Under the pieces are notes generated by a model, which had not been told where the DNA came from, did not search any database, and was given only the letters and a program-made list of their open reading frames with translations. A program made the position numbers and the translations under genes. Of a stretch of 64,000 nt of DNA, positions 50,363 to 63,641 are shown in pieces. The DNA is from Octopus sinensis (taxonomy: Eukaryota): the NCBI RefSeq assembly GCF_006345805.1, contig NC_042997.1, positions 184,698,001 to 184,762,000 on the forward strand, given 5' to 3'. Positions within the stretch are counted from its first letter, which is position 1. The number at the start of each line of letters is the position of its first letter.

Positions 50363-51185
50363 ATGTCTTATTCAGTACAACATAACATGTATGAGAAGTC
50401 GACTCTATAATATATTTTATAATTACTACCCATAATTAATAACAATAAATGAAGACAAGAGAAAATTGTGTATATTTCACCAAAAAGAAAAAAAGATAAT
50501 ACTGAAATAAACTGAAGATTTCCCGAAAAAACCCAGCTTTTTGTTAATGATCTACCAATTTCTAATTTAAAAATAAATAGGTGGAAAAGACCTTCTGGAT
50601 TTGAAATATCTTTCCCCTCACAATCTATGAAAGTCGCAATAACTGTTAATTGCTTAGCGATCTCTTGGGTGATGTGTTGACGACTGTAACATTAAATGCA
50701 CTTCTAAATCTTGTGCAATTTGTCACAGTATTCGAGGAAAAAGTTATTTTTAAAATTATAGAAGAGATGAAGGATTTTTTTGTAGATAACTATAAGACTG
50801 GAAGGACACACAACGAAATACAGATCCTAGGTTAGAATCGATTATTCAAAGGAAGTTGTACGGTACACAGAAGCAATTGACAGGATGAGATCAAAGAAGA
50901 ATCCGAAAGCAATATACATTCACCATGACAATGTGACACACATCTTAGAAAACAAATCAGACAATCAGCAAATTGAACCGTCACCGGCCTCTCATCCATC
51001 GTGCATTTCGAAATTTGCGTCCTACGACTTCAACTTGCTTGCTCATCAACGTAGCACAATCTATTCAAGTCTACTTTGTTGAACGAAAAATGTTTTGGTA
51101 TATAGTAAAATAGTGATCAATAATAATTTAGGCATGTTTAAATAAATTTAAACATTTAAAAATATATCTGGCTACTAGAGTAAAT

Positions 51186-51438
51186 GTGATGGCGCGAACA
51201 AATTAGGGTAATTCCACAAATATAGTAGGTATGATGGTGCGAACAAAATAAGAGTGATGCCGCGAATAGAGTAGCGTGATGGCGGAAATGGAGCTGATGT
51301 GGTGGCGCGAATAGATTAGGGGTTGTACCACGAGTAGTACCGGCTGTGATGACGCGCATAGAGCAGGTGTAAGGTGCAAATGGAACCGGAGTGATGGTGC
51401 AAATAAAGCCAGGGTAATGATGCGGATGGAGTAGGGAT
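51186..51438. repeat. Degenerate minisatellite with 20-25 bp units (GTGATGGCGCGAA..)
   Basis: About 10 diverged units starting GTGATGG(C/T)GC. Confidence 0.7.
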
Positions 51439-51730
51439 TATAGCGTTACAAGCATAATTTTAGTAAGATGTTACATGCACAAGTCTGAGAGAGAGTAAAG
51501 AACAACAGGCACTCCTGCAGTCAGAAACTACATGCTTAGAACATGCCAGTAAGATATATATATATATATCTATTCTTATATATCCTAAGTTTGGTTCTCG
51601 TAATGTAGAATAGCACTTAATTTAAAATGAAAATCCTAGCATAAAATTCATAATTAACCGATCAAGATTATGGGAAACCACAAGAATATGGTAAAACGTA
51701 AACGTCAGGATTTGAAACGTTTTTGAATAA

Positions 51731-52063
51731 TGCGTGGCACCTTGGGCAAGTGTCTTCTACTATAGCCTCGGGCCGACCAAAGCCTTGTGAGTGGATTTGG
51801 TGAACGGAAACTGAAAGAAACCCGTCGTATATATGTATGTGTGTGTGTGTGTGTGTTTGTGTGTCTGTGTTTGCCCCCCCCCCCAACATCGCTTGACAGT
51901 CAATGCTTGTGTGTTTACGTCCCCGTAACTTAGCGGTTCGGCAAAAGAGACCGATAGAATAAGTACTAGGCTTGCAAAGAATAAGTCCTGGGGTCGATTT
52001 GCTCGACTAAAGGCGGTGCTCCAGCATGCCCGCAATCAAATGACTGAAACAAGTAAAAGAGTA
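51731..52063 (+). mobile_element. SINE S2, 5'-truncated
   Basis: Collinear with other S2 copies. Confidence 0.9.
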
Positions 52064-52661
52064 TCTTTGTGCGATAGCTGAAAACACATGTAAGTTGATA
52101 ATAATGAGTGAGAAAAAAAACAATGAAACCATTCGTTCTCAAACTATTCTAGTCTTCTAGGATGGGGTAGAATTTTAGCTTCTGAATAGAACTATGAAGT
52201 TCTTTTTCTTATTTCGAGATATGGTGACATAATTTGAGTGGTCTCTCTATTCGTTGCCCTATTGCAGAATATGTAGGTGTGAGCGATTGCAAAAATGTAT
52301 GACTGCAGAGAATCTGAACATTTGAACGTCTGCTCTCAAACGACCTTTGGATGTTTAGACAGGCAAACACCAAATAACCGTTTAATGATATAATTACGTT
52401 ACAGAAATGATTTGAGAGTAAAAAATTTTGGTATCGATTATTGCATTTGATTTTGTTTTCACCCAAGACGAAAAAAGTTTATTTGTATGTAAATAACATT
52501 TTATTTCTGAAATTGTTTAAAATCAAATTCTAAGCGAGACGACCGTCTCTGAGAACATTTCACTGTCGCCATCCATTTCTTATTAATGCAATCATACTTT
52601 CATTGACGCCACTGTAGAAAAGAAGAAAATATATACATACAAACACACACACACATATATG

Positions 52662-52725
<64 letters not shown>

Positions 52726-53924
52726 CAGGCACACACACACATTTATATATACACATATATGTGTGCAAGTACGTATGTATATATACTCATACATATATGT
52801 GTATGTATTCGTCGTCTTTGGTGAAAATCTGTAATCTTTAATTGCACTAGTCTGGTGTCTTAGTTTAAAATGCTATCATAATTGCTCAACGTCTCATTCA
52901 TTAATAGACGAATATAAAAACCGCCATATTATACGTAATTTTCTTTCACTGCAGTTCTTCTCTTATGCCCAAAGCGTTTCCGACTACGGGTGATATGAAA
53001 TGCCACAAAGACTATTTCTCTCTTCTTTGATGTTGCGGACAAGCCTGCTACCACATGCGGTAGAAATTGATTGTCAATAGGAGAAACAAATGTAAATACA
53101 AGTTAAACTTTTAAAGTTTTCTGTAGAACGGTTGGTGATTATGGCGCTGCAAATTTAATGGAGAATGTGGGGACGGTGTTTTTATACGAAATCGCTAAAA
53201 TTTAGTAGATAAAGAAGAGAAGAAAGAGAAATAAAGAGATAAATAGAGAGAGATATGATGAGAGAGAGAGAGAGATATAATACATAGAGTGAAAGAAAAT
53301 GTAAAGAAAGAGAGAGAGTGAGAGAGAGAGTGAGAGAGAAAGTTTAGGTAAATGGATAGGAAAAAAAGATAAATAAATGTTTAAAAAAGATAAAAAGTAA
53401 AGCGAAATAGTAAAAAAACGCTAAGAGCAACCATGGTAATGTAATGTTTAACCAAACTCACTGCAAAATGAGTTTAGCGTCATCATTTCAAAGACGAGAT
53501 GTCACTTGTTATCGTCATTAAATGAAAACAGAAAGGCAATAAGAAAAAGAAAAACTTTAGTGATGGCCGCAATGCATAATGTTTATAATGTAAATAATTG
53601 GTTTCTTGGGAAAGAAGTACTAAAAACATTTCGAAGGATTCATTGATGTTGTTCGAGTTGAAACAGAAAAAAAGAAAACTGAGAAGTTAGAAGAGGCATT
53701 AATCCAATTACTGGAGCTCTAAACAGCCTAAAGAACGCTCTATAACAATTCAATCGCTTTTAATGAATTTAATAATGGTTAAAATATAGATCGCTAGTGT
53801 TACCGAGATAATACGCAAGTGGTTATTTAATAAGAAGACTTGATTAAATACTGACACAAACTAGTGTCTAGTTTGGTTCCAGTTCAATCTCATGCTAGGT
53901 GACTACCTTTCTGTGGACAATGAA

Positions 53925-54511
53925 TCTGTATATATAAAAAGCAGGATGAGTGTGTGTGTGTGTGTGTGTGTGTGTATGTACGTGAATGTAATTTATGCAC
54001 GTCCACAAATTAGCACGCATGTCGCTTCAATTTTAGGAGGACATTCGTCACGACGCTTAGCTGTATTTTCGCCAACTTATTTTTAGCAGAGGCACTATCG
54101 AATAGCAGTAAAAATAAATTTTCAACAAAACCTTTTAACAATTTTCAAGTCGGAGAAATCACCATTGTTTTGCAAACAGGAGTTAAGTCCCTTTCTAGCG
54201 GCGAGTAAGTTTTTGTTAAGACTTTTGTTGTTTTTTTTTCCATCGAGGAAAAAAATGTTTTGTTGATATGCGTGTAATACACACACACACGCACGAACAT
54301 GTATGAGTAAAAAAAAAACATGTATGCAAAAGGTGTACGTACGTATGTGTATGTGTGTGTTGCCTATATATATATATATATATATATATAAACCAATTTC
54401 AACGGATTTCGCCCAAATTTACGTCGATGTTAGTTTGGTTTGAAATAAAAAAAACTTGATTAGCTTAATAATCCTAACTTAATCCCGGTCAAAGCCGGGT
54501 TATACTGACAG
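53925..54511 (+). mobile_element. Probable non-autonomous Helitron-derived element
   Basis: A|TCTGTATATATAAAAA start, (TG)n tract, 3' GC hairpin CCCGG[TCAAAG]CCGGG (54484-54499) about 11 nt before ..ACAG|T. Assigned by resemblance only. Confidence 0.45.
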
Positions 54512-54967
54512 TTAAGTGATAATATGTTGACGCTGTTTTCCCTTTACCTCTTCAGATATCGATACTGTGTCTAATTCTTTTTATACATTTTCTCGTTGAT
54601 CCGACAGTACATAAATCATTTCCTGAAAAGCTCATTTTAGGATCTGGTTTTAACTCCTATTAATATCAATGCCACTTTGCTTATACTCTATATATACATA
54701 CAGAAAATAATGAATTTCATGCAAATTCCTTAATTTTGACAATTAAAAGTGAGAAATGAAGTTGCTCTTACAAAGTACAGCTGTATACCTGTATGTTAAT
54801 GCGTATCAACAGATAATTATATCGATTTGTGTCTCATCAATTCAGCGATCCGAGTTGAGGAGACAATGAGAGGCGAGCAAGTTTTAAGGTACACCTTCTT
54901 TAATGGACAAAGCGCTTAACTCTGAAAAGGTACTGCACATCTAACTGGAAATAGGTACGTAAATAAT

Positions 54968-55328
54968 TATAACGATGTTATACCAACAATAACTCTGAGC
55001 ACCTTTTCAAACTCCATCTGTCTAACACCCGTGGACATGTTTAAAAAGTCAGAAAACAGCACAGCTCCCATGACTTTCGGAAAAAGAGTTGCTGAAGCAT
55101 GGAACAAACTGCCGGCATCATTTGTTAGTTGTCGGAGCACTGCATCCTTCAAAACTTCCATGCTTCCTGAGACTCGCCAACACTACACCTCATTCTCTCC
55201 CCTCCATAGACACTGTTCACTTCCCAGACATTTGTACATTAAGGCACATGCTTTATACGCACCTTTGACAAGTTGTGGTGCACCTGAGCACTGTGTACAA
55301 TAATTTCATTATTATTATTATTATTATT
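54968..55328 (+). mobile_element. CR1/L2-type LINE 3' end with (ATT)n tail
   Basis: ..LFKLHLSNTRGH..RVAEAWNKLPASFV..SFK, then a 3' UTR and (TTA)n. Confidence 0.8.
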
Positions 55329-56466
55329 TTGTTGTTGTTGTAAGCTTTGCAACACTAAAATTGACGAGAAATTCGCTTACAAGACGTTCAATAGGTGAAT
55401 ATAGCTTGGAGAAACATATCTGTTCAATTGCCTTGCTTATCCTACACTTATATTACGAAGAAACACAGCAAATTAATGACTATTAATTTTTAAATTTCTA
55501 AACAAGTATAATACAATGGATTATTATAATGTTGTAGTATGTTGTTATTGTACTTTAGTAGTTGCTATAAAAATATTTTTCCTATCTCGAAATCCATACC
55601 ACGCCTTATGCATGACTATGAATTCTTAAAAAAGTATGTCGAATTCACACATTTCAAACCAGATTAAAGATATACGGAAATAAGCAAAGAAACACACTAT
55701 AAACAATGTGTTAAAAGATTTTAAATTGATAATTAGTATTTGTTTTAGATTTTCTATTTCATATTTTTGTTCATTAGCTAGGATGTTTTTTTAATTTTTT
55801 TCTGCAAATGCTTTTATAATTAACGTGAGTTTGGATGATAAACTAGTTATATGAGTTAGATTTTTTTGTGAGAGCTTTTAGCAGCACACCATTTTGAGAA
55901 GTCAGAAAAGGGAAATTTAATTTAAAGTAAACTTCCTCAGTAAATTGTGAAGAAAACATCAAAAATAAAGCAAAATTTCTATGCTAACGAAGATTGAATT
56001 TCATCTTAATACAATCATTTGTGTTAATAACTGTATCGCATTTCATTTCGTTTGTCTATTGTTTGTATTATTTATATATGTTTTAGTTTCGTGTAGTTTT
56101 GGAAGTTCGATTCTTATTTCAAGTCTTCTGTTTACAATAAATATCAAACGTCGAATTCCGTATAGTTAGATATTCCAACGTGTTAAAAGCATGTTGTAAG
56201 TTTATTTCAAGAACATATTTTACTTACTTCTTTAAGTTGTTACAGCTTCTTGTTAATTTGATATATTCACATTTAGAAGATTTTATTTCAGGTGTTTTTT
56301 TTTTATATTAAAATAAAAATTTAGTGTAGATTTAATTTACAAGTCAATGCTAATAAGTGCAGACTGATGGGAGCCATAAAGAACATCCATCCCGAAACTA
56401 CTTACTTTCCAACATGCATGCATACATAGACACTAAAGTACACACACACACACACGAACGCACGCA

Positions 56467-56526
<60 letters not shown>

Positions 56527-56554
56527 TATATATCCTTCCATACAAATTAACATA

Positions 56555-57876
56555 CTGTAGCACAGATGACGAGAAGCCAAGAATGAAACCTTCGAATTGG
56601 AAGAAAATTATAGGCGTAAAGATTATGTACAAGCTTTACACCAGCTGTGTAAACCAATTCCTGCAGGAACATTTTGAGTCCCCCTATTTAATGGCTAATG
56701 AATAGGAAGGGGAAAAAGAAGGGAGCGTGGAGATAAACCGAATAGTTTTTGATAAACAATGTTGTGCAGTCCGATGTAAGAAAACACTGCAGAAACCTAG
56801 TGAGAGTACAGTTTGATTATAACAGAGAATTCATCTCTAATCCCCAACATGGTTGCACTTGACGACAGTACTTTAGACACTGACACAGAGAGACTTACAA
56901 AGAACTGAGCAATAATCTTCACACATACAACTGATGTAACGACTATTTCGAAGCGGATATTCCTAGGAGATGGCATGTTTGTACTTTTGTTTATTATAGC
57001 ATTAAATTCATTATTTCTTTTACAAAAATCTAATAGCTACACGCTAGGGTTTGCAACTGCTAGAGATACCAGTGTAACCTATCATTCCTTTGTGGATATC
57101 CTGAATATCTCCTCTAAAAATGTTAACAATGACGAAAATCAGTTGGTGTTAATCACATTTTCAGCTCATATAGGAATGGGATTTGACTGAAAGAAGTGTT
57201 CATATTTGATAGCTGAACGTGGAAAATCAGTCCTTCAAAACCCGCACTTGTGCACCAACAGTCTCTCTACTGTGTGCAGTATTAGATATCGTACGAATGT
57301 GATGTGAACAATGATCAACTAATTTATGAATATAACACACGATTTCAAAATATATGGTAGTCGTTTCTTTTAGAACAACACAAGACTCCACAATGCATGC
57401 GCAGTACAAGGGCTTAAATTAACTTTTGGAATACATGACGGGTACGAAAAAGAAATCTACTCCATTGACATTAAGAGCAGGAAGATCCTGAACAGTTAGC
57501 TTCTACAGAAACAGTGATGTCGACAGGCTCTACCTAAGAAGATATGAAAGCAGAGCCTTGAAATCAGTTGAGACAGCCTTTGAACATCGTATAGTATCTC
57601 TCAGGCAGTAGTATCTCTTTCAATATTTTACTTGTTTCAGTCATTTGACTGTGGCCATGCTGGAACACCGCCTTTAGTCGAGCAAATCAACCCGAGGACT
57701 TATTCTTTGTAAGCCTAGTACTTATTCTATCGGTCTCTTTTGCCGAACCGCTAAGTTATGAGGACGTAAACACACCAGCATCGGTTGTCAAGCGATGTTG
57801 GGGGTACAGACACAAACTCTCTCTCTCTCTCTCTCTCTCTCCCCCTCTCTCTCTCTCTTTCTCTCTTTCTCTCTCT

Positions 57877-57908
<32 letters not shown>

Positions 57909-58810
57909 GATATAGATATATACGACGGGCTTCTTTCAGTTTCCGTCTACCAAATTCACTCACAAGGCTTTGGTCGGCCCGAGGCTATAGTAGGAAACAC
58001 TTGCCCAAGTTGCAACGTAGTGGGACTGAACCCGGAACTATGTGGTTCGTAAGCAGGCTACCTACCACACAGTCACTCCTACGCCTTGCAGCAAAGATAA
58101 ATATATAAACCTAATGCTGAATCCCTACCCGCCAAAAAACAAGAAAAAATACGAAGAGAGCTACATCTTACGAGCTGGCAGTGGGTTTTGTGGATTAATT
58201 TTCTTCCCTATAATCTCCTATGCAACACCAGAACAGTCTCCTCAAAAGGAGATTTGGATGTGAAACACTTAGCATGAAAAACTATGCCAAGGTGTACTCT
58301 GAAAATTTGAGGATGATATAAAATCGACAGGAAGTGCAGCCTTTCTTGGACTCGCAGCCGCTACCACACGTCACACTTTTTGAAGGCTGTGTCTGCAATC
58401 CAAAAGCAAAAGATTGGTATAAAATAAAGTGTGAAAAAAGAGATGGTAAACGCCTCAGAGTACTAAAATGGAACCGAAAATGTCGAGTGTGTCACATTTC
58501 AGTGGGAGACGTCATACATGCGATCAGCACCTGCCCAAAAATGTCATCTAGGTACTACCTTCTAATGTGACATGACGTCGGTAAAACAGTATAAAATGCC
58601 ATCCGAACAGAAAGACAGTCCTGGGATAAATATAGAAAATCATTCTGTTATTGAATACATACATGAGCATCAACACAAAAATATTGGTGAAACAATCCCA
58701 TCAAAATTTCTACCAAGGGCGAACATGACATGCCGGATATAGTTGTTTGCAACAGACAGGAACATGTATGCACAGTTACAGAAGTCAGCTGTCCTACTGA
58801 TAGGGATATC
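56555..58810 (+). pseudogene. Old, heavily decayed RLE-type (R4/Dong-like) LINE: RT, Cys/His knuckle and endonuclease, interrupted by SINE S2
   Basis: Across stops and frameshifts: MYKLYTSCVNQFLQEH, RNLVRVQFDY, GDGMFVLLFIIALN, HSFVDIL, FSAHIGMGF, SDVDRLYLRR, CRVCH..VIHAISTCPKMSSRYYL, PDIVV..VTEVSCP. Confidence 0.85.
57626..58086 (-). mobile_element. SINE S2 inserted in the old LINE
   Basis: Full-length S2 with internal (CT)n(CA)n(TA)n. Confidence 0.92.
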
Positions 58811-59254
58811 TCTTCTTCGAGCAACTGCTTCGAAGCCTTCAGCTTCTGCACAGCGATTATTGTGGTACATTTATGTTCTATATGCACGAATAAACTCCAA
58901 ACAAAGCACACAACCATATCTATCGAAGCAAATTCTCCGTGACAGCTTTCCATTACTATCTACCACACAAGCTAATTATCGTACAATAGAACGCAACTTC
59001 AAAAGTTTTAACTTAACAGAGACTATATAAAGCGAACTTGAACGCAAATGTACCGTAATCTGATGATTGTTTAGCTGGCTAAATGTTCGTAGTCACTATC
59101 ATTACTATTTTTGCTAAAGAATAATAAATTTGTACTCTACCAAATGTATTGAGTAATCTTTCAATTGATGTCAAAATTGTTATTATTATGACATGGTCTT
59201 CATAGCTGGAATAGTAGGAAGTTCTCTCCCTGCTGGCAATATATATCGAGTGTG

Positions 59255-59680
59255 GAGTGCACTGAATAACCAGCTGGAGGGGGCGTCCTCCTGGCGTTAA
59301 ATAGCAGAATCATCTGTTCTTAGAGAACACCCATGTTTAGATGGCGATAAACATTACTTCTCAGTATAAAAACTGCTTTCGTCCAATAGAGATTATCTTA
59401 AGGAGCTAGTTTGCCTGTTGTAAGATTAGTGACTGTGTGTCATTTATTTTCTATAAATTGTAAGCTGATGAGTATCCATCACCGAGGATGACTATAATAA
59501 AGTCGAAATCGCGCGTTGTGATGGTCTCGATACCTGAGTGCACTGAATAACCACTTGAGGAGGCGTCCTCTTGGGATTAAAATAGCAGTATCGTCTATTC
59601 TTAGAGAACACCCATGTTTAGATGGCGGTAAACATTACTTCTCAGTATAGATACTGCTTTCATATCTTAGAGATTTTCTT
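59255..59680 (+). repeat. Diverged direct repeat (59255-59399 and 59536-59680, period 281 nt) enclosing a hammerhead
   Basis: GAGTGCACTGAATAACCA..TTCTTAGAGAACACCCATGTTTAGATGGCG..ACATTACTTCTCAGTATA in both copies. Confidence 0.92.
59472..59533 (+). ncRNA. Type I hammerhead ribozyme, family D (core has lost one nucleotide)
   Basis: GTAT-CCATCAC-CGAGGA-T-GACT[ATAATAA]AGTC-GAAA-TCGCGCG-TT^GTGATGG-TCTCG-ATAC. Perfect 7 bp stem I with a distal GTAT/ATAC extension. Confidence 0.8.
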
Positions 59681-60103
59681 GACGAGTTACTTCATAGCGA
59701 TGGATTTGGAATCCGGGTAGGTACTTTATCAGCACTGATATAATCCACATCTGGTAAACAAAATCGAATGATTGGGAACATACAGAATTATTTAAGATAA
59801 ACAATTAAAAGGTATTTCACTCGATACTTAAATTCTTTAGACTTCCTACAGCATTCAAAGTATTATAATCAAGACGTCTTAAAGGAGAATGGGAATTATG
59901 CACTTTCAGAATTTATTTATTACAGTATTAGTTTCATTAAAATCCAATCCGACACGTGTTTCTGCTGGCTAAGTGTCCTAGTATTCTTTGATATATCATA
60001 TCATTTATATACGCTTAGCTCATTCAGTTTCAGTAGATATTCAGCCAAGTTAGACATTCCTATGCAGATTTGTTCAAGGTTTTATCTATGCCGGTGGATG
60101 CAG

Positions 60104-60243
60104 TTTCCGTTTACCAAATCCACTCACAAGGCTTTGGTCGGCCAGAGACTATAGTATAAGACACTTGCCCAAGGTGCCACGCAGTGGAAATGAACTCAGA
60201 ACTATGTGGTTGGTAAGCAAGCTACTTACCTCACAACCACTCC
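60104..60243 (-). mobile_element. SINE S2, 5' part
   Basis: Matches the S2 head. Confidence 0.85.
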
Positions 60244-61399
60244 ATACACATATATGATAAAAGTGAGGAAAAAAGCAGGATAATTAAAAATGGGTCCTGC
60301 ATTAATGAGAAACGCTTTACTGCAAGTCCTTTACTGTTCGTTTGGAGCAATAAACTCCCTAAATACACAATTACCCTGTCTATGTTTCTAAATACATATC
60401 GGCTTAGCACAAGGATGTAAATTTTTACTAGCATGTGTACTTCATCTGAAAAATTACTAGAGATTTTTGGAAGAAACAACCGAGGTACTTCCCTCTGTAT
60501 TGTACATTGGAAAGCTTATTTACTAACACTCCAGTAATAGAAGCAATAGAAATTATATTAAATAACGTATATAAATGCCTTTCATACAAAGCCGCCCATG
60601 ATAGCAGTCACGTATAATACTATAATATATAATTGTATTTTATTTCTGTTTCTTTTGACCATTTATTCATTTCGGATTGGTTCCTACTGATGTTCAGAAA
60701 ACACATAGCTTCAAATACCTTGAACTATTACTATAAATATACACACGTGAACACATAAGCACATGACAGCAAAAACAAAAAAGCAAACAAAAATAAACAA
60801 ACCAAAAACAAAAGCAGAACAAAAACAAAAACAAAACAAACAAAACAATTAGACACAAATATATTAACTCTCATACAAATCTAACCATACGGTTCTAAGG
60901 ACACTAATCATTCATTATTATTCCTTTGTGCAAAACTCTACTCTATTGTAACCCAGGAAAGATATGATGCTTGCAACGCTAGACTTACAGGAAATATGAT
61001 AGCTCACGTGAAACATTTTATTGAATAATTATTAAGCCAGTCTACGTTTAGTTACAGCCAGCCCATTGATCCCCGAATTATCACTTGAGTCTGTCAAAAG
61101 TCTTCTACCATTATTCATTTCCATCCTGTTTCATAAGTTTGATACATCTGCTGTATTTATCAATTTCCTCTCGACCTTTTTTTTTTCCCCTCTCTATTTT
61201 TACTGTTTTTAATCGATTATTGCTAGACACTGAAAATAAAATAATAAATAAAAAAAGACTTAGAAAAAATACCAAAAACTAAAGACAATGAATGGAAGCA
61301 AAGAACGCGGCCATAGTTTACAGCAAAGTCTTTATTCATACTCTGTTCAGCTTTTGATCGAAAACAATTATACTGTAATTAATACAGTTAAGTTTCTAT

Positions 61400-61459
61400 A
61401 CTACTACAATTATTGCTGCTACTGCTACTACTACTATTACTACTACATCAGCAATAGCA

Positions 61460-61503
<44 letters not shown>

Positions 61504-61939
61504 ATCAACAATAGCAAAAACTACTACTACTATTACTGCAACAACATTAACAACAACTATTAATACATCAACAACTACCACCACTACTACTACTACTACT
61601 ACTACATTAACAACAACAACAGCTACTACTACCACCACCACTACAACATCAACAACGACTACTACTGCTGTTGCTACAACAACAACAACTACTACTGCTA
61701 CAACTAATACTGATACTATTAATACCACCACCACCACATCTACCACCACTAATGCAACAGCAACAACAGCAACTACTACTACTACCACCGCCACCACTGC
61801 CACTACAACTTTAACAACAACAACAACTACTTTCTATTACTGCTACTGCTACAACAGTAGCAACAACGACAACTACTACTACTACCACCACCACTACAAT
61901 ATCAACAACTTTCTGCTGATAATATTACTACTACTGCTG

Positions 61940-61991
<52 letters not shown>

Positions 61992-62010
61992 AATACTACT
62001 ACTACAATAC
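61400..62010. repeat. Cryptic trinucleotide repeat (ACT/ACA/ACC/GCT)n
   Basis: Direct inspection. Confidence 0.95.
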
Positions 62011-62713
62011 TACATTTGTATTTGCCACACGGGTTGTATTGAGTTGTATATTACCAGGACAACTTATAATTTGTCTGGAAATATACAGAAAACAAATGAG
62101 AAAGGTTAGCGGGGGGTGGGGTGGAAATGGGATAAAAATATATATAGAAAATATACATACAGACAAAATATGTGGCCACATGATTGATGTACTTCTCCTG
62201 ATATAGGACAGAGAACCCAGCAAGGCCCCAATATAAGAGCTCCACCGATGTAAGATCACCCTAATCACGAAGGGCGTCAGCATTACTCGCCTCAGTTTTT
62301 TTTTCTCCAGTTTATAGACACAGGTTTAGAGTAGTTCCATTCACCATGAACATCTTGCCACAGTCAGCCATCTTTAGACAGATTCACTGAAACTAATTTT
62401 CAATCTTTTTAATTTAGGGACAAGTTTAGCAAATTTAAGGGCAGGGGTTTAGCCGATTCATTAGTTATTTTCGAACATGTTGATAAAGTCACTGTTGTTC
62501 TTGTTTCTAAAATACAAACAAGGTCACAAATTTGAGGAAAGGTTATCGTCGAGAAGGGATATTTTATTTTATCGAATTGGGAAAGATAACGATCGCGTGA
62601 TTTAAAGGAATAATCAAAAGGAACAATGAAATACTGTAAAATATTTTTCTGTCACACATTCTACTTGTTCTGCGTTTTACAATTAGAGATAATATTATTA
62701 TTGTTGTTATGAG

Positions 62714-62872
62714 CAGTAGGAGTGACTGTGTGGTAAATAGATTGCTTACCAGCCACATGGTTCCAAGTTCAGTCCCACTGCGTGACACTTTGGGCAAGTG
62801 TCTTCTACTTTAGCCTCGGGCCGACCAAAGCCTTGTGAGTGGATTTAGTAGACGGAAACTAAAAGAGGCCCG

Positions 62873-62906
<34 letters not shown>

Positions 62907-63130
62907 GTGTGTGTATATGTTTATGTGTCTGTGTTTGCCCCCCCCAACAACGCTTGGTAACCGATGCTGGTGTGTTTTACGTCCCCCGTAACTTAGCGGT
63001 TCGGCAAAAGAGACCGATAGAATAAGTACTAGGCTTACAAAGAATAAGTCCTGGGGTCGATTTGCTCGACTAAAGGCAGTGCTCCAGCATGGCCGCAGTC
63101 AAATGACTGAGACAAGTAAAAAGAGAGTAA
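62714..63130 (+). mobile_element. SINE S2, full length
   Basis: Collinear with other S2 copies. Confidence 0.9.
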
Positions 63131-63139
63131 TGAAGAGTA

Positions 63140-63366
63140 ATATTGGTTTCAAATTTTGACTGAAGCTCAGCAACTTCGGAAGAGGGGCTAAATCGATTAC
63201 ATCGACCCCCAGTACTCAACTAGTACTTATTTTATCGACCCCGAAAGGATTAATGGCAAAGTTGACCTCGGCGGAATTTGAACGTAAAGATGGACGAAAT
63301 GCCGCTAATCATGCAAAGTATACAAAGCATACAAAATCGTGCTAACGATTTTGCCAGCTCGGTGCC
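63140..63366 (-). mobile_element. SINE S1
   Basis: Reverse-complement match to S1. Confidence 0.85.
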
Positions 63367-63641
63367 TCTTAATAATGATTAATGATAATAATACAAGAAG
63401 CTGTGAAGAAGCAGCGAGAAATGTTTTGAGAAAGACGCAAATAGAAATGCTTTGCAGTATTTCGTTGTTATGTTGTGTGAGAACAACTATTGGCGATAAA
63501 CTGGCTTGGTTTTTAAAGTGCTGGATAATACGTTTGCCTCGTGGTATTTTCTCGCCGAGGATAACTTTGTCCTTCATCCTTTCAGAGTCATTAAAAAAAG
63601 TACCAATCTAGGACGTTAAATTTTGCAGAATTGTTGCCACT

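Noticed and set aside
50885-51050. IHHDN and ..SYDFNL resembling a mariner catalytic region
   Set aside because: Only two short degenerate motifs and no TIRs.
48431-51438. Regular short repeats considered as a CRISPR-like array
   Set aside because: They are head-to-tail minisatellites without unique spacers, in a eukaryotic context with no cas genes.
61400-61831. Mucin-like Thr-rich open frame of about 144 codons
   Set aside because: Triplet slippage explains the frame maintenance. An extra T at about 61832 shifts the Thr register, and there is no start codon or convincing splice donor.
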